Assembly: GCF_009914755.1 (NCBI RefSeq)
Contig: NC_060926.1
Origin: the human T2T-CHM13v2.0 reference genome, Homo sapiens
DNA: 64,000 nt
Strand: one strand, 5' to 3'
Part shown: positions 39,994 through 51,910 of the stretch, one piece after another
Layout of the letters: each line of letters begins with the position of its first letter
How positions within the stretch are numbered: the stretch's first letter is position 1
Made by a program: the position numbers and the translations under genes
Notes under the pieces: generated by a model
What the model was told of the DNA's origin: nothing
What the model saw: the letters and a program-made list of their open reading frames with translations, nothing else
The model's database searches: none

Positions 39994-41443
39994 TTCATTT
40001 TAAAGTCATAGTATTTCTTATTGTTTTCTGCTTTTTTACAATTTTCTGCTAAAGGTCGCTATGCATTTACATTTAGAGATGGCTTCAATTTCAATTTAGC
40101 ATAACAAGATATTTGATCCTTACATTGCTCAAATTACTGGGCACAAAATGTTTAAAAAGAAATGCCATAAATTGCATATTCAGGGAGAACATTTAGCAGC
40201 ATTACGTAGAAAGAACAATGTTTCTTTCCAACCTAGAAATCTAATTTTGAGTTAATTTCACAATCAGTTAGTAACTTTTCAAATCTGGACTTAAGGTATG
40301 AAATTTAACCCTTTGTCTAGGCAAGAAGGGACCCCCCACCAATTCACAAATGAAGAAGAAAGGGTATTTTTTGAAGTACGCACAGTGGTGGTTCAGTTGT
40401 GATAGCAGATAAAGAACCTTATCATAGGGTAATAAATAAGCAGAGACGCATTTTTAAGAAATTTTCAGCATATAAAATTTACAGATTATTGTATATAAAT
40501 TTGAGGCTGAAACTTATTTGTACTTAATTATTTTAACAGTAGGTACCTGGTGAGGCCAAACATGAGGGGGTTTTGTTTATTATTTTTTTTTTTATTTTGA
40601 GGTTTAGCAAACTTCCAGTTAGTTGCTTCCAACTTTTTTTTTCCATTTATAGCAGCAGGAACAAAAAATATCCTTCATGAAGCCGAACTTTTCTGTAGTG
40701 GTAACAACCATTTTTGTTTGCCTCCTTTGAAGGCAAACACATCGATTTTCCTCCTCCTCACCAAATTCTGGGATTCTGACTCCGTGGGAAGGCAAAATAG
40801 TTCCACATCTCTACCATTAGCCTCTCTTTATAAAATGTCAGCAAGTTCCTGGGGATAATATTTAAAAATTGCAAAGGGGGCAGAGAACTCTGAAAGGAAG
40901 GGGCTTGAGATCCTAACCCTTTCCTCTAAAGGTAGGAATGATTACAATATTTCTGATGGACTGAAGTGGCTTCAAAGAAATTCAATAGTCAATAAAGGAC
41001 ACCAGAGGCAAATTTACCCTAAAGAAGGCAGCCTCCACTGGCACCCTAGGGTGACCGCTCAGGGTTGGTGACAGCTGGTTCTGGACATAGCATATGGCCA
41101 ATCGCAGAGCCCACATCTGCCCCTTATTGGTATTCCACTACCCAGTGGTCCTGATGTGGGGATGTGGCTTGAGGGAGGGTGGATGTCTAAGGGTAGACTC
41201 AAAGAGCTGCCCAATGGGAGTCAGACCAACTCGAGTAGGAGGAGCTTTCTCCTTCCCAAGAAAATACCACTAAATCAATGGGCATGGGACTCCATGGCCC
41301 ATCCTGCCATAGGCAGGAATCTTCAGGCTCCCTGCCCACCTGGGGTCAAGGTGGTGTCTCCCGTAGCTTCTGTCTTCCTTCAGGCAAGGACTGCCCAAGC
41401 ATTCAGCTTGACTGAGTTTGGCAGCAACAAGATTGAGACCATC

Positions 41444-41817
41444 TAATATGGTTTGGCTGTGTCCCCACCCAAATCTCATCTTGAATTGTAGTTCCCATAA
41501 TCCCCACGTGTAGTGGGAGGGACCTAGTGGGAGGTAATTTAATCATGGGGGCAGTTTTCCTCAAGGTATTCTCATTAGGTTGAGTAAGTTCTCATGAGAG
41601 CTAATGGTTCTATAAGGGGCTTCCCCCTTCATTCGGCTCTCAGTCTTCTCCTCCTGCCACCATGTGAAGGACATGTTTGCTTCCCCTTCCAGCATGATTG
41701 TAAGTTTTCTGAGGCCTCCCCAGCCCTGTGGAACTGTGAGTCAATTAAAGCTCTTTTGTTTCTAAATTACCCAGTCTCAGGCAGCTCTTCATAGGAGTGT
41801 GAGAAAGAACTAATACA
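41444..41817 (+). mobile_element. THE1 solo LTR (THE1C-like), 374 bp
   Basis: t(a)atatggtttggctgtgtccccacccaaatctcatcttgaattgtag ... aactaataca; perfect 5-bp TSD CCATC (41439-41443, 41818-41822). Confidence 0.95.
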
Positions 41818-43004
41818 CCATCCCTGAGCAGGAGTTCAGAGCTCAGTGTCCCCTATTGCTTTGGTTTTTCTTTTTCTTTTGGAGGTGCTAATACCCAGGC
41901 CTGAACTTCAAGATTGAATTAGAACTTGTCTTTACACAGGAAGGAGAAAACCCAGAGAAAAGTAGAAAAGCAAGGTTCTCCATTTGCAGATTACAAAATA
42001 AGTCAGGTATCCTGGAGGCTAAGAGAAAAATTACCCCATTCTGTATCCTAAACCAATGAATTGGAGTATACGACAGCTACGTGAACCTTGTAATTCTGTA
42101 AAGTAAGGTCAGCCATTCATATCTAATCTTGTTATTGCATTTCTAAATTTCAAATTTAAGGAGTCCACTATTCCCACAATTAGAGACAGAGATTTGAACT
42201 GTGTGATCCTGCGTTATTATTTTAATTCAGATTCTGAGCCTTGGCCAAAACCATCCGAGCTGTTTCCCTTATAGGATGTGGATCCACAGACTTACTTCAT
42301 CCCTAAGATACCTCATGCTATACTCACATTAGAATCACTCCACCTAAACAATGCTAATCCTGAAATGCAATGTTACCAACACACACAAAAAAAGGAAGAA
42401 TAAAATTAATGGCATAAAAATTCTGATTATTAGACAGAGGACTAAACAAAAGTGTTTGTCTGAAGTTTGCATTTTAAACATAAACAGATCTTCCAAATTC
42501 CTCTCTGAGATTCTTTCAGCATGCAACACTTTCTCTTGAAGCTTTAAGTTTATTCTTCAAAAAAGTAGTCCAAAGAATAGCACATTGAATCTCAAAAGAA
42601 CACTTTAAAATCCTTTCTTCATGGGCATGAGATTTTGTTCTTAAGGGGCTAAGATAATGGATGGTAAAGGTAAGTTTGTATTAAGCCCCCAAAGAGCATT
42701 GTTGAATTCAATTATTAGTTTAGTTTTTTAGAGTTTATATTCATTGTTGAGATCAGTTTAGAATAGGATATAATACATTCTAAATGTGAAAAGCCTGAGG
42801 TTTCAAAAAGTGGCACTGTAATTTTTTAATCTTTATTTTTTGTTATGTTAAATTTTATACATCTTTCCACAAATGACTTTAAGATGATTTGCCACATTGA
42901 ACTGAAAAACTCATGTCATATCTATATCAAGAAGAGTATTCAATGAACCCTCTTCCTGCTTACTCCAAATTCTAAACTAACAGGATCTCTTGACATAGTT
43001 TGAA

Positions 43005-43250
43005 GATTAATTCAAATGAATGTGCCTACATAGAGTGATTACTATGCACCAGGGACTTTGGGGGCAGAAAACTGACTAAGACTTCATTCCTGATATCAAC
43101 ATGCTCATAAACTTGTGGATAAATACAAAGTACATTAAAATAGGCTCTAATGAAATATCTGAGATGTAGGCAATGCTTATTGGAAATAAAGCAGAGAGAA
43201 ATTCCTTTGGGTTGGAGTGGGAGAATATGATCAAGGAATAATTAAGAAAA
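43005..43250 (-). mobile_element. L2 fragment
   Basis: gagtgattactatgcaccaggga...actaagacttcattcctgatatcaacatgctca. Confidence 0.55.
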
Positions 43251-43419
43251 GCAAGAGTCAGGCCTTAATAAAATTATCCTCTAAGCTAGTTGCAGTTTTA
43301 CCGTGTATGCAGACAGAAAGTGGTGAATGATTTACAAAGGGGGAAGACAGTGGACATGTGTGTGCACATGCAAACACCAAGGAGAGAGCACATGGTACAA
43401 GGAGCCCGACAGAAGGAGA

Positions 43420-43610
43420 AAATAATAGCAATCCTTCACTTCGGAAGTTCCAAATCCATCAGCCCACTGAATCCTCACAATAGAACCAATAATGGAGACT
43501 CTGAGAGTTTAAAAGAATTAATGTATTGCCAAACTAGTTCCCACATTGAATAAGCGATAGGACTGAACTTACACCCAGGCTCGGGATTCTGAGCTGAGGT
43601 TTTCCCCATG
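43420..43610 (-). mobile_element. MIR fragment
   Basis: tgaatcctcacaata...ggagactctgagag...ggactgaacttacacccaggc. Confidence 0.5.
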
Positions 43611-44224
43611 CTGTGCGGCAAAACGGGAAGTGGGGAGGGAGAACTAAGGAATTGTGAAGGTTTATTAAGAATATTAAAGTAGGAACAAGATGATATTTGG
43701 CTTTCCAAATAAGAAATAAATATGCCATGTTGTTTATTTTCATGAATTTCTTCAAAACTTAGAATTGCAGGAAGTCATGGTTGTGGATTGGTTGATTAAT
43801 TAGCTGAAGAGATTCAATTCCTCCCTAGGCAAGATGGCGGCCAGTTGATGTGATGTCTTATGGCCGGAATATTCTCTTTAACAAGGCAGAGATATGTGGA
43901 CACTTGCATAGAGGAATATTGGTGGGCTGACTTTTCCTGCTATTCCAATTCTCATTTTTACTTTTCAGACAGTATATCAAAAACTGGGGACATTTTTCAA
44001 CAATGGAATTTTGGCAGTGCCACAGATGTGTTCATAGTTGCTGTTTTAATTGAATTGCTTTATAATTTATGACAAAATAGTATACCCACAGGTTTTAGTA
44101 CCTAAGTTTCAGGTTGTTACATTTTAATATATGCTGAAAGTGAAATAATCTTATTTCTTCCATTATCATTTGAAAATGCTTATAAACTTCCAGATTGAAA
44201 TACTACATCTCAATTCTTATTCAG

Positions 44225-44880
44225 AGCAGCAGCTTCTAAACCAGTCTGGACATCGGAATCACCAGCAGGCTTAACTTTCCTTCTCTCTTGCACAACATCT
44301 ATAGAGGAGCATCCCCACGCCCAGGTGTAAAGCTTCCCAGGTGGTTCTCATGATCAGCAAAGCATGAGAAATACCAAATTAGAACACCCTAACCATAGAA
44401 GCAGACCTATTTACATGCATCAGAAATAATTACTTAAAGGATAATTAATGCTTTCATAATCATTAAAGGATGAGATTGGATTCTTGTTATTCAAAAGTGT
44501 ATATGTTCCAGGGAAGAATGGGATGTCAAAGCCATCAACCTCTCGAGTTAAATATATGCAATGGAAGTCTAAATCCAAAGAGCTAAGCTTAGATCCTTGC
44601 TCCTGCAAGTGTCTACTGCAAACCAGCAGCACCGGCATCAACTGGGAGCTTGTTAGAAATGCAGGTCCACTCAGACCTATTGAATCAGAATCGGCATGAT
44701 AACAAACTCCCCAGGCCATCTGCATGGGTAGAGAATTTTAAGAAGTCTGATGACAGCAATTCTTTACCTCGACTACACATTAGCATCACCTGAGGTATTC
44801 CTCAAAGTGCTAATTCCAGTTTCCCACCCAGAGCAATCCTATCAGACTTTACAGGTGGAGCCCCATCCCACTGGTCTTTT
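44225..44880. mobile_element. Cluster of three MER5 (hAT-Charlie) fragments
   Basis: 44598-44750 is MER5A-like (accagcagcaccggcatcaactgggagcttgttagaaatgcag...tgaatcagaatc); opposite-orientation pieces at about 44225-44380 and 44753-44880. Confidence 0.7.
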
Positions 44881-46689
44881 TCAACAAATAGCTATTTTTG
44901 TCCTGTAATTTATGTTTATGTTACAAAGGAGAAGGATTTTCCCTACATTATGTAGGCAAGCCAGCAAAGACCTTCTTCCACAAATTCGAAAACGGAGTTC
45001 ATTGTGCCTCTTTAGTACCTGTGTGTGGGGACAAGCCCCGCGTGCACTGGTAGAGGATGGACTTCTGGCTCTGACACCTTGTGTATACTTGGGCCAGCTC
45101 CTTCATTTCTTCTTGTGTATAAGAACAGACTGTGGCTTTGCCCGTAATGAAAGTAAGACAAATTGCCTCCTATAAGCCTGCACGCAGCTATGAGCAGTAC
45201 CTGTCACTGTGGAAGGTAATTCAGTTGGAGTCTGTCTCTTCAATTTCACCCAGGGATAAGACATTTTTTTTCATTTTTTTTACATGTGGAGTAATTAAGC
45301 TAATACTTAAGTATAATTCTGTCTCTAATTGTAGACCATTAGTGATTTTTTGTTATTTAGAGAGACAGAAAAGAACCAAGTAAATATTTCATTTACACCT
45401 AAATTTTTCCTAATATTTAGGTACATGTATGAGTACAGCCTTAAAAATTAAAATTTGCCTTAAATAGGGTTTTATGAGTTCCAGAGCCTTATAAAAGTCA
45501 AGTTCAGTTAACGTGTTCAAACCCATAGAAGAGAATGTTCAATGTATCAATTCAAATTTTCCAGGTGCAGATGGGGTGGTAAGAGGGCAGTTTCAGTGGC
45601 ACCAAACACAGACATCACTGAATCAGTGTCAGATATTAATCTCTATACTTTTCTCCTTCTAAACTCTCATTCAAAGACTGCTAATTCTGAGAAGAGGATT
45701 TCCTTTTGTTTTGGAAGAGTTCTCGTAGTATTATCTGCTGAATGACCCTAGCACTCCCCTTCTCCACTTGAGATTATAAGGAAACCAAAAGATAAACAAA
45801 AAATTGTCATCTCATTTTAAAATAACATAACCTCATCATATCTATTTACACTCATCCAATGAGCTACAATGTCCAGAATATATTTACATACATCACCATA
45901 TTATAATAGCTTCTGCATCATTTTTTAAAAGTTTATACATAGGGAAACCAAAATAATTTTAATATTTCACATACACACATTGATTTGGAGATTGCTTACC
46001 CTTGAATCACTGTTCTCAAATTATTGAAGATTCAAAGTTATCCTCAAGTTCTAAAAGTGACTTGGGAGAGCCTACTAAGCAGATGGTCCTGCAGAATGGT
46101 CAGGCATAGAACAACTAAAACATAACACAGCCTCCTTACTCAATAAGCACAGAGTTCACTTGCTGAGGAAAAAAAAAAAAAACCATTAACTGTGAAACAG
46201 CAAAATGGAATGACATGTATAGTAGCACAGAGAATAAGTCAAATAATGAAAGTTTTAGGACATGAAATGGTGGACACAAGGAAAGGGAACCCTTCAGTGG
46301 GAAATGGGGTCCAAATCTTTACTTCTTTGCTTTACCCCATGGTGAATCCTGGGTCTGGCTGCACTCAGATGGGACAGGAGGGCCTTGCTTAACATCTCCA
46401 AAGACCCCTCCAGGGCTAAAATCAACCATTTGGGGTGAGCAGATTTCATATTCTATGTGGGGCCTGGGCTGCTTACTGCAGATGAAAAGGATTTGGATGC
46501 TAAAGTAACCCAGAAGAAGAGGCTTGAGAAGCATTTGGTAATTCGTAATGCAACAGAAATTTCAATCGTGGCATCTTCACTCCAACACTTCTCTGAATCA
46601 TAATAGTCCTCTTCAGTTAACGTAGCTTGAAGTCGATTAACTGCAGATCCTAATTCTGAGTGCTCTTGGTTCAAAGTGCACTTGTGTGC

Positions 46690-46900
46690 TGCATAAATTC
46701 CCTCACCACCATTTACTGGTATCACAGTACTTATCACATGGCGTTCCAATTATCTGTGAGCACATCTGAATGCAGACCTAAACTACAAGGGTAGGGGCTA
46801 TTTTTATTTTTCTATTTTTGTTGTTGCTGTTTAATTAGTCTTCGCAATTCCCTCTGAATTTAGTCCAGGGCCTCATGTCTCATAGACCCTAAATAAATGA
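46690..46900 (+). mobile_element. L2 3' fragment
   Basis: tcacagtacttatcaca...cagacctaaactacaagggtaggggcta...ctcatagaccctaaataaatg. Confidence 0.55.
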
Positions 46901-47100
46901 TTGCCGAGTCTGACCCACTGCTAAACAGAATCAGGGAGAAGCAAGGCGCAGAGCAATGTTCATCCAGGAACTCCCGTAAGACCCCTGCCAACTGGGCTGT
47001 CTCTCTCTCTCACTATTTTTTCCCCAACCTCAGGGGAATGAGCAGTGGAGGAGGAGTCCAAGAAATAGATACACAGGGAGAGTTGTGCGTTGTTCATTTA

Positions 47101-47290
47101 GACCAGTGGTTGCAAAATGACGGCCTGAAAGACAAGTCCAGCCCAGAGCAGCTTTGGGTTTGGCCACACCCCAGCAGTGTTGTGCAGGTAACCACAAGCT
47201 CCACCCAGCCCTATTGTGCTGCCTTGCCACCACACTGATGGTAGGTTACCAGCCCTGCCTCTGAAACCATTTGAGTTTATAACCCTAGAT
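47101..47290. mobile_element. Possible old hAT-Charlie MITE
   Basis: TIR-like ends cagtggttgcaaa ... tttgagtttataacccta flanked by TAGA/TCTA; family not resolved. Confidence 0.35.
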
Positions 47291-47714
47291 CTAGAAAGAT
47301 ATCAATACCAAGGGAAAAAAAATAGATTAAACATCTGTCTGCTAATGGTTTGGACTGACAATTTATTTATTTGGAGGCTTTTAAAACACGTTTAAGCAAA
47401 TACAATATGGTTCTGAAACAAAAATCAGGTGGTTTCTCTGTGGCTCTTACCGCATCCAACTGCCAAGATATGAAATTTGGTTACCAGATTGTAAGAAGTG
47501 ATTTTGAGTCTCCATGATTCTGAGACTTCTAAAAAATAATTGGGGAAACAGTCATTGGTCCTCTTTCACATGTTCCTTGTTTTTCACACCTTATTTTCTC
47601 TTGGATTAAAATGAATTTTTAAAATAAGCATTGGCAAAGATGGGAATACATCTTCTCCACATAAACACAATATAGACACTCCATTCAGATTCTTTCTTTG
47701 AAAATTAACCATTT

Positions 47715-48070
47715 ATATTGTGACCTGTGCAAAGTTTTTGAACCTCTATTGAATCTTGGTTTCTGCATTTGTCAAGTAGGTGTAATGTCAAGATGCCTCA
47801 TGCAGTTATCTTGAGAATTAGAGAACTAACACTTAGAGTGTTTGCTATGTTTCAAGCCCTTGTGTAAGTGTTATAAATGCATTAGCTCATTTAAGTTTCC
47901 AATAACTTTAGGGATTAGGTACTATCATTATCACTCCATTTCATAGATGCGGAGACTCAGGTGCAGGGAACTTGGGAAAATTGCCCAGCTTATGCCTACT
48001 GAGTGGTTGACTCAAGGATCAAATTGAGGCAGTGAGAGTCCAAACCCCACACTCTCAGCTTCTCTGTTCT
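47715..48070. mobile_element. Two MIRs tail-to-tail (+ about 47715-47825, - about 47826-48070)
   Basis: tgtgacctgtgcaaagtttttgaacctct... then ...ctcatttaag...tatcactccatttcatagatgcggagactcagg. Confidence 0.7.
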
Positions 48071-48519
48071 CTCTCCACGAGGAAACGTGCCTTGTACCTA
48101 TGAAGCATTCACCAGAGATCGGTGCTTCCTTCTCTCCAACTTCTCCCTGATATCGTCATCTGATAGTTCATTAGAAATTGGACGGAAGATTCTACATTTC
48201 TAAAACAATGTAAAAATATCATATGTGATGTTCCACAAAGGCAAGATATCCAAAAATATTACAGAATCATTTTTAAATTTTATTTCAAATGTTGGGCCCA
48301 GCTACAATTATTTCTGTACCCTTTTATCCAAGATCAGAATTTCATTCATCAATATCGCCAATGCAGCAAAACTGGTGTTTTAGCTACATAGGTCAAGAGA
48401 ATTCATTTACTTCTTAGTAGACTGCCTCATTTATTTCATATTTTTGAATCCTGAAATACTCTGATGATATAACTACAAATAACAGAAAATTTTGTCTTAC
48501 ATGCCCAAACTTATTTTTA

Positions 48520-48818
48520 TGTTTATTATTTTTATATTTTTTAGAGACAACATACTGCTCCATTGCCCATGCTGGAGTGCAGTGGTACAATCAGAGTTGA
48601 CTTCAGCCTTGAACTCCTGACACAGGTGGTCTTCCTACCTCAGCCTGCTGAGTAGCTGGGACTACACTTGCTCCATGTGTCACTATTTTTGTTGTTGTTG
48701 TAGAGACGAGGTCTTGCTATGTTGGCCAGTCTGCTCTCAAACTTCTGGCATCAAGCGATCCTCCCACCTCGGCCTCCCAAAGTACTGGAATTGCAGGTGT
48801 GAGCTACCATGCCCAGTC
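48520..48818 (-). mobile_element. AluJ
   Basis: Diverged antisense dimer; 10-bp TSD CTTATTTTTA (48510-48519, 48819-48828). Confidence 0.92.
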
Positions 48819-49306
48819 CTTATTTTTAAAATAAAAACTTTTTCTGCAGAAAATTTAGTGGTCTGTATTATAAATGATCTTTTCACAGATTGGGACATTA
48901 TTGCTAATTGTTTAACCCATTCTTGAGAGATGAAGCTAGTCATGTATGCTGAGTTATGCAACAACACAGAATGTTGCCAAGCCTGCCAAGAAGTGCACAA
49001 CCATTCTTATCTTAAGTAGACATGCAGCTTTTCAGTCTTTTGTCATTTGCTTTGGGGGGGTTTGTAAAAAATATTTGGGGAAATAGTCATTGATCCTCTT
49101 TCACATGTTCTTTGGTTTTCTCTTAAAATTATGTCATAAGCTATCGATTCTTGCTTTGTTAATGTGCTCGCTTCTCTCAGACATGCATGCCCATCCAGGC
49201 CTTCTTATGACAGCGATACTGAGAAATCTAATGAGCAGCTCAGAATTCGGTGTTGATTGTAACAGTAAATAAGTATAGAGTAGGGCCTAAGGGGTTCTTT
49301 TATAGG

Positions 49307-49425
49307 TGAGTTGCATACACTTTCGTGCATAAATTCAGATAGCTCATATTCTCATATTCAAGTAGTTCACATTCTCATGAGTTGCACACGCTTTCATGCA
49401 CAGATTCAGATTGCTTATATTTTCA
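49307..49425. repeat. Old compound tandem duplication (48-bp unit x2 with 23-bp sub-repeat)
   Basis: 49307-49354 vs 49378-49425 are 40/48 identical; the spacer resembles the second half of the unit. Confidence 0.85.
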
Positions 49426-50899
49426 CAAGGTTATTTGGCTTGCTTTAAGGTTCTTCCTAGTGTTATAGACAGGTAAGACTGCCAGGTGAGTGACTGCTAG
49501 ATAAAAGAAGATTTACTATATTGTCTTGACTATCAGTGTGCTCAAAAGGGAATAATCATTTTGCAGTAGCTCCATTTACTTGTTATACAGGCTAAATGCT
49601 CTATTGTAATTATCCTTCAAAACATGTGCCTACATCTGATGACTGGTCTAGACAAGTGACATTGATGGGTGTAATTCTGTCAGTCACAATCATCTTTCTG
49701 AAAATGATGGAAGACATGAACCACGGACTCCAAAAGGACTCCTGAGCTTTCAGTGGTCCTGATCCTTTGACTGAAAGCTCTTAGTTTCAGCAAGCTCTTT
49801 GCTTGGAAAGAGAGCTGGCTCAGTGTCAGAGACAAGCTAAAAATGGCTGGGCCTTAACAGGTAATTTCAGTGAGTTATAATGAAAAGCCGCCAGCGCCTG
49901 AGTGTCTGTTGACATAACTGAGATGACAAGATGACAAACACCGAACTGAGGAGCTTGTTGTCATGTTAGGAATGGATTCAATTAAAAATACTTTATCAAA
50001 TTAAAAGGATTACAGAGGATCCGGTGTTCCCGAAAGCCTGCTAAGGACATTAATCACAGGAATGACTGAGACCTGGTCCCTGCATGAAGACACTCTTGGA
50101 ACATGGCCACCGTGGCTCTTTAGGCGCTGAATCCCTGGGATATTTGAAAAATTAGGCCATGATTTTACTGCCAAGTCATCAAAAATTGCCCTTAGGCAAT
50201 TGATGCTTAAGCAAAGAACATTCCCCTTCTTAACATTTTTAGATAATGGGTAAGAATTTGCTTTATGAAACTATTGTTAGGAAATCTGATTTATTTTTTC
50301 TTGATTGCTCTTAAAACTCCACCCTATTGCCTGGTTACCTTCTCTGTCCTCCAAGAAGGAGGCTGGCCAGCAGAGCTGGGACATTTTTCCTGGCAATGAC
50401 GTTTTAATGTTCAGGCTATTTGTCATCTCCTAGAATTTCGTCCTTCACTCTGCCCACTTTTCTTTTCAGCTCCTTAAAGAGATATGACAAGAATCTTAAA
50501 AGAGGTCAAAGTTAGAACAGATTCTGAGTTAGTGATATTGTTTCCAGTAGAGGGAAGTCCTTGAAAAGGGTGAGTCAAATAGCACATATACCTCTTCATA
50601 ATATAATGTCTACAACGGAGGCCTGGAAATCCTACTAGGTGGGTTGTCATGGACACGTGTAATATATTGCTTATGGGTCAAGATTTCAGAAAAAAACAAA
50701 TTTGGTATCAGGTTGAAGAGCTCATATACTTCGAAAACTTTATGAAAAAGCAGGCAACTATAAAGATGTTTCTATAACCAAGAAAAACGTGAATCAGGGA
50801 GAGTAGCCAATGTGTTTCTTGGTATGAAATTAGATTATTTGGCTAAGTGTGCTAGTGTGATGATGATCTGAAAATTTGAATGTTATCATTTGATACATA

Positions 50900-51030
50900 A
50901 TTCATTTGTTCCTTTTTCCATTTATTCAACACTCACTGAGCATCTAATGGGTCCCAAGCATGTATTAGATACTGAAGAATCACCAGCAAGTAAGCCTCTT
51001 CTCCACCCTCAAGGAGCTTAGAATCAAAAT
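50900..51030 (-). mobile_element. L2 3' end
   Basis: catttattcaacactcactgagcatcta...ccaagcatgtattagatactg...ccctcaaggagcttaga. Confidence 0.75.
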
Positions 51031-51669
51031 GGTGAGGTGCAGAAGGTATTCTTTCCACATAGTGGTTGGGCAGAAAAATGTTCAAGAGTTACAACATCAC
51101 CAAAGAGGAAGCCACCAGTTCTGCTGGGTGAAGACCCATAGAAAGCTCTGAACGCTCAGCTGTCAGGCAAGGCCAAGTGTTCATCAACCTGCAAGGACTC
51201 TGCATATTTATCAGATGTGTGGACAAAAGTTGCAGAATGTCTGCTGGAAAAGTAGGTACTGACAGGATTGCTGTCAAGTTTACCAGATTTTAAAGGGCAC
51301 AACTTGATGTATTGTGGTGGAGAACTGCAGAATGTTTCAAAGCACAGGAAGGAAAGGTTCAGGTTTCAATTGTAAAGGTCAGTGTGATGGCAGGGGAAAG
51401 CATGGATTGAGGAAGGGTAAGGAGTGGGCGTGGGGCTAGCAGTCCTCCATCAGGGTGGAGAAGGAAGATATGATTGAGACTCTGGCCAATGGAGTGAAGA
51501 AGGGGCCAGGGATTTCTAAATGAAAAGTGACATACTTAACAACTAACGACACATGGGGGAAGTGGAAAGAGGGACACCTAGGAGATCTGGGTGTAAATCT
51601 GAGTGTAAAAAAAATATTAATTGATACAAGAATGGGGGAATAAATGGGACTGAAACACTTACAGTATCC

Positions 51670-51910
51670 AGTGCTCACTGGTGTCAGACTTCATGCTAAC
51701 CCCTTTGCATGAATTATTTTATCTATACAATAACCCTAAGGAAGAAGGCACTATTAAGGTTTGCATTTTAAGAGAAGAAAATTAAGGCTTAGAAAAGTTA
51801 TGCAATTCTCCCAAATCATATAATTATTAAATGACAGAAAGAGCAATAAATAAATCCCTGCCTCACTCAGACCTGTGGTTCTACAAAGTCGTAAAGGCTG
51901 GGCATTCTGG
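51670..51910 (-). mobile_element. MIR
   Basis: tttgcatgaattatttt...acaataaccctaagg...cattttaagagaagaaaattaaggcttagaaaagtta. Confidence 0.7.

Noticed and set aside
47715-48070. Tail-to-tail MIR pair as a miRNA-like hairpin
   Set aside because: The arms are too diverged to form a continuous stem by eye.
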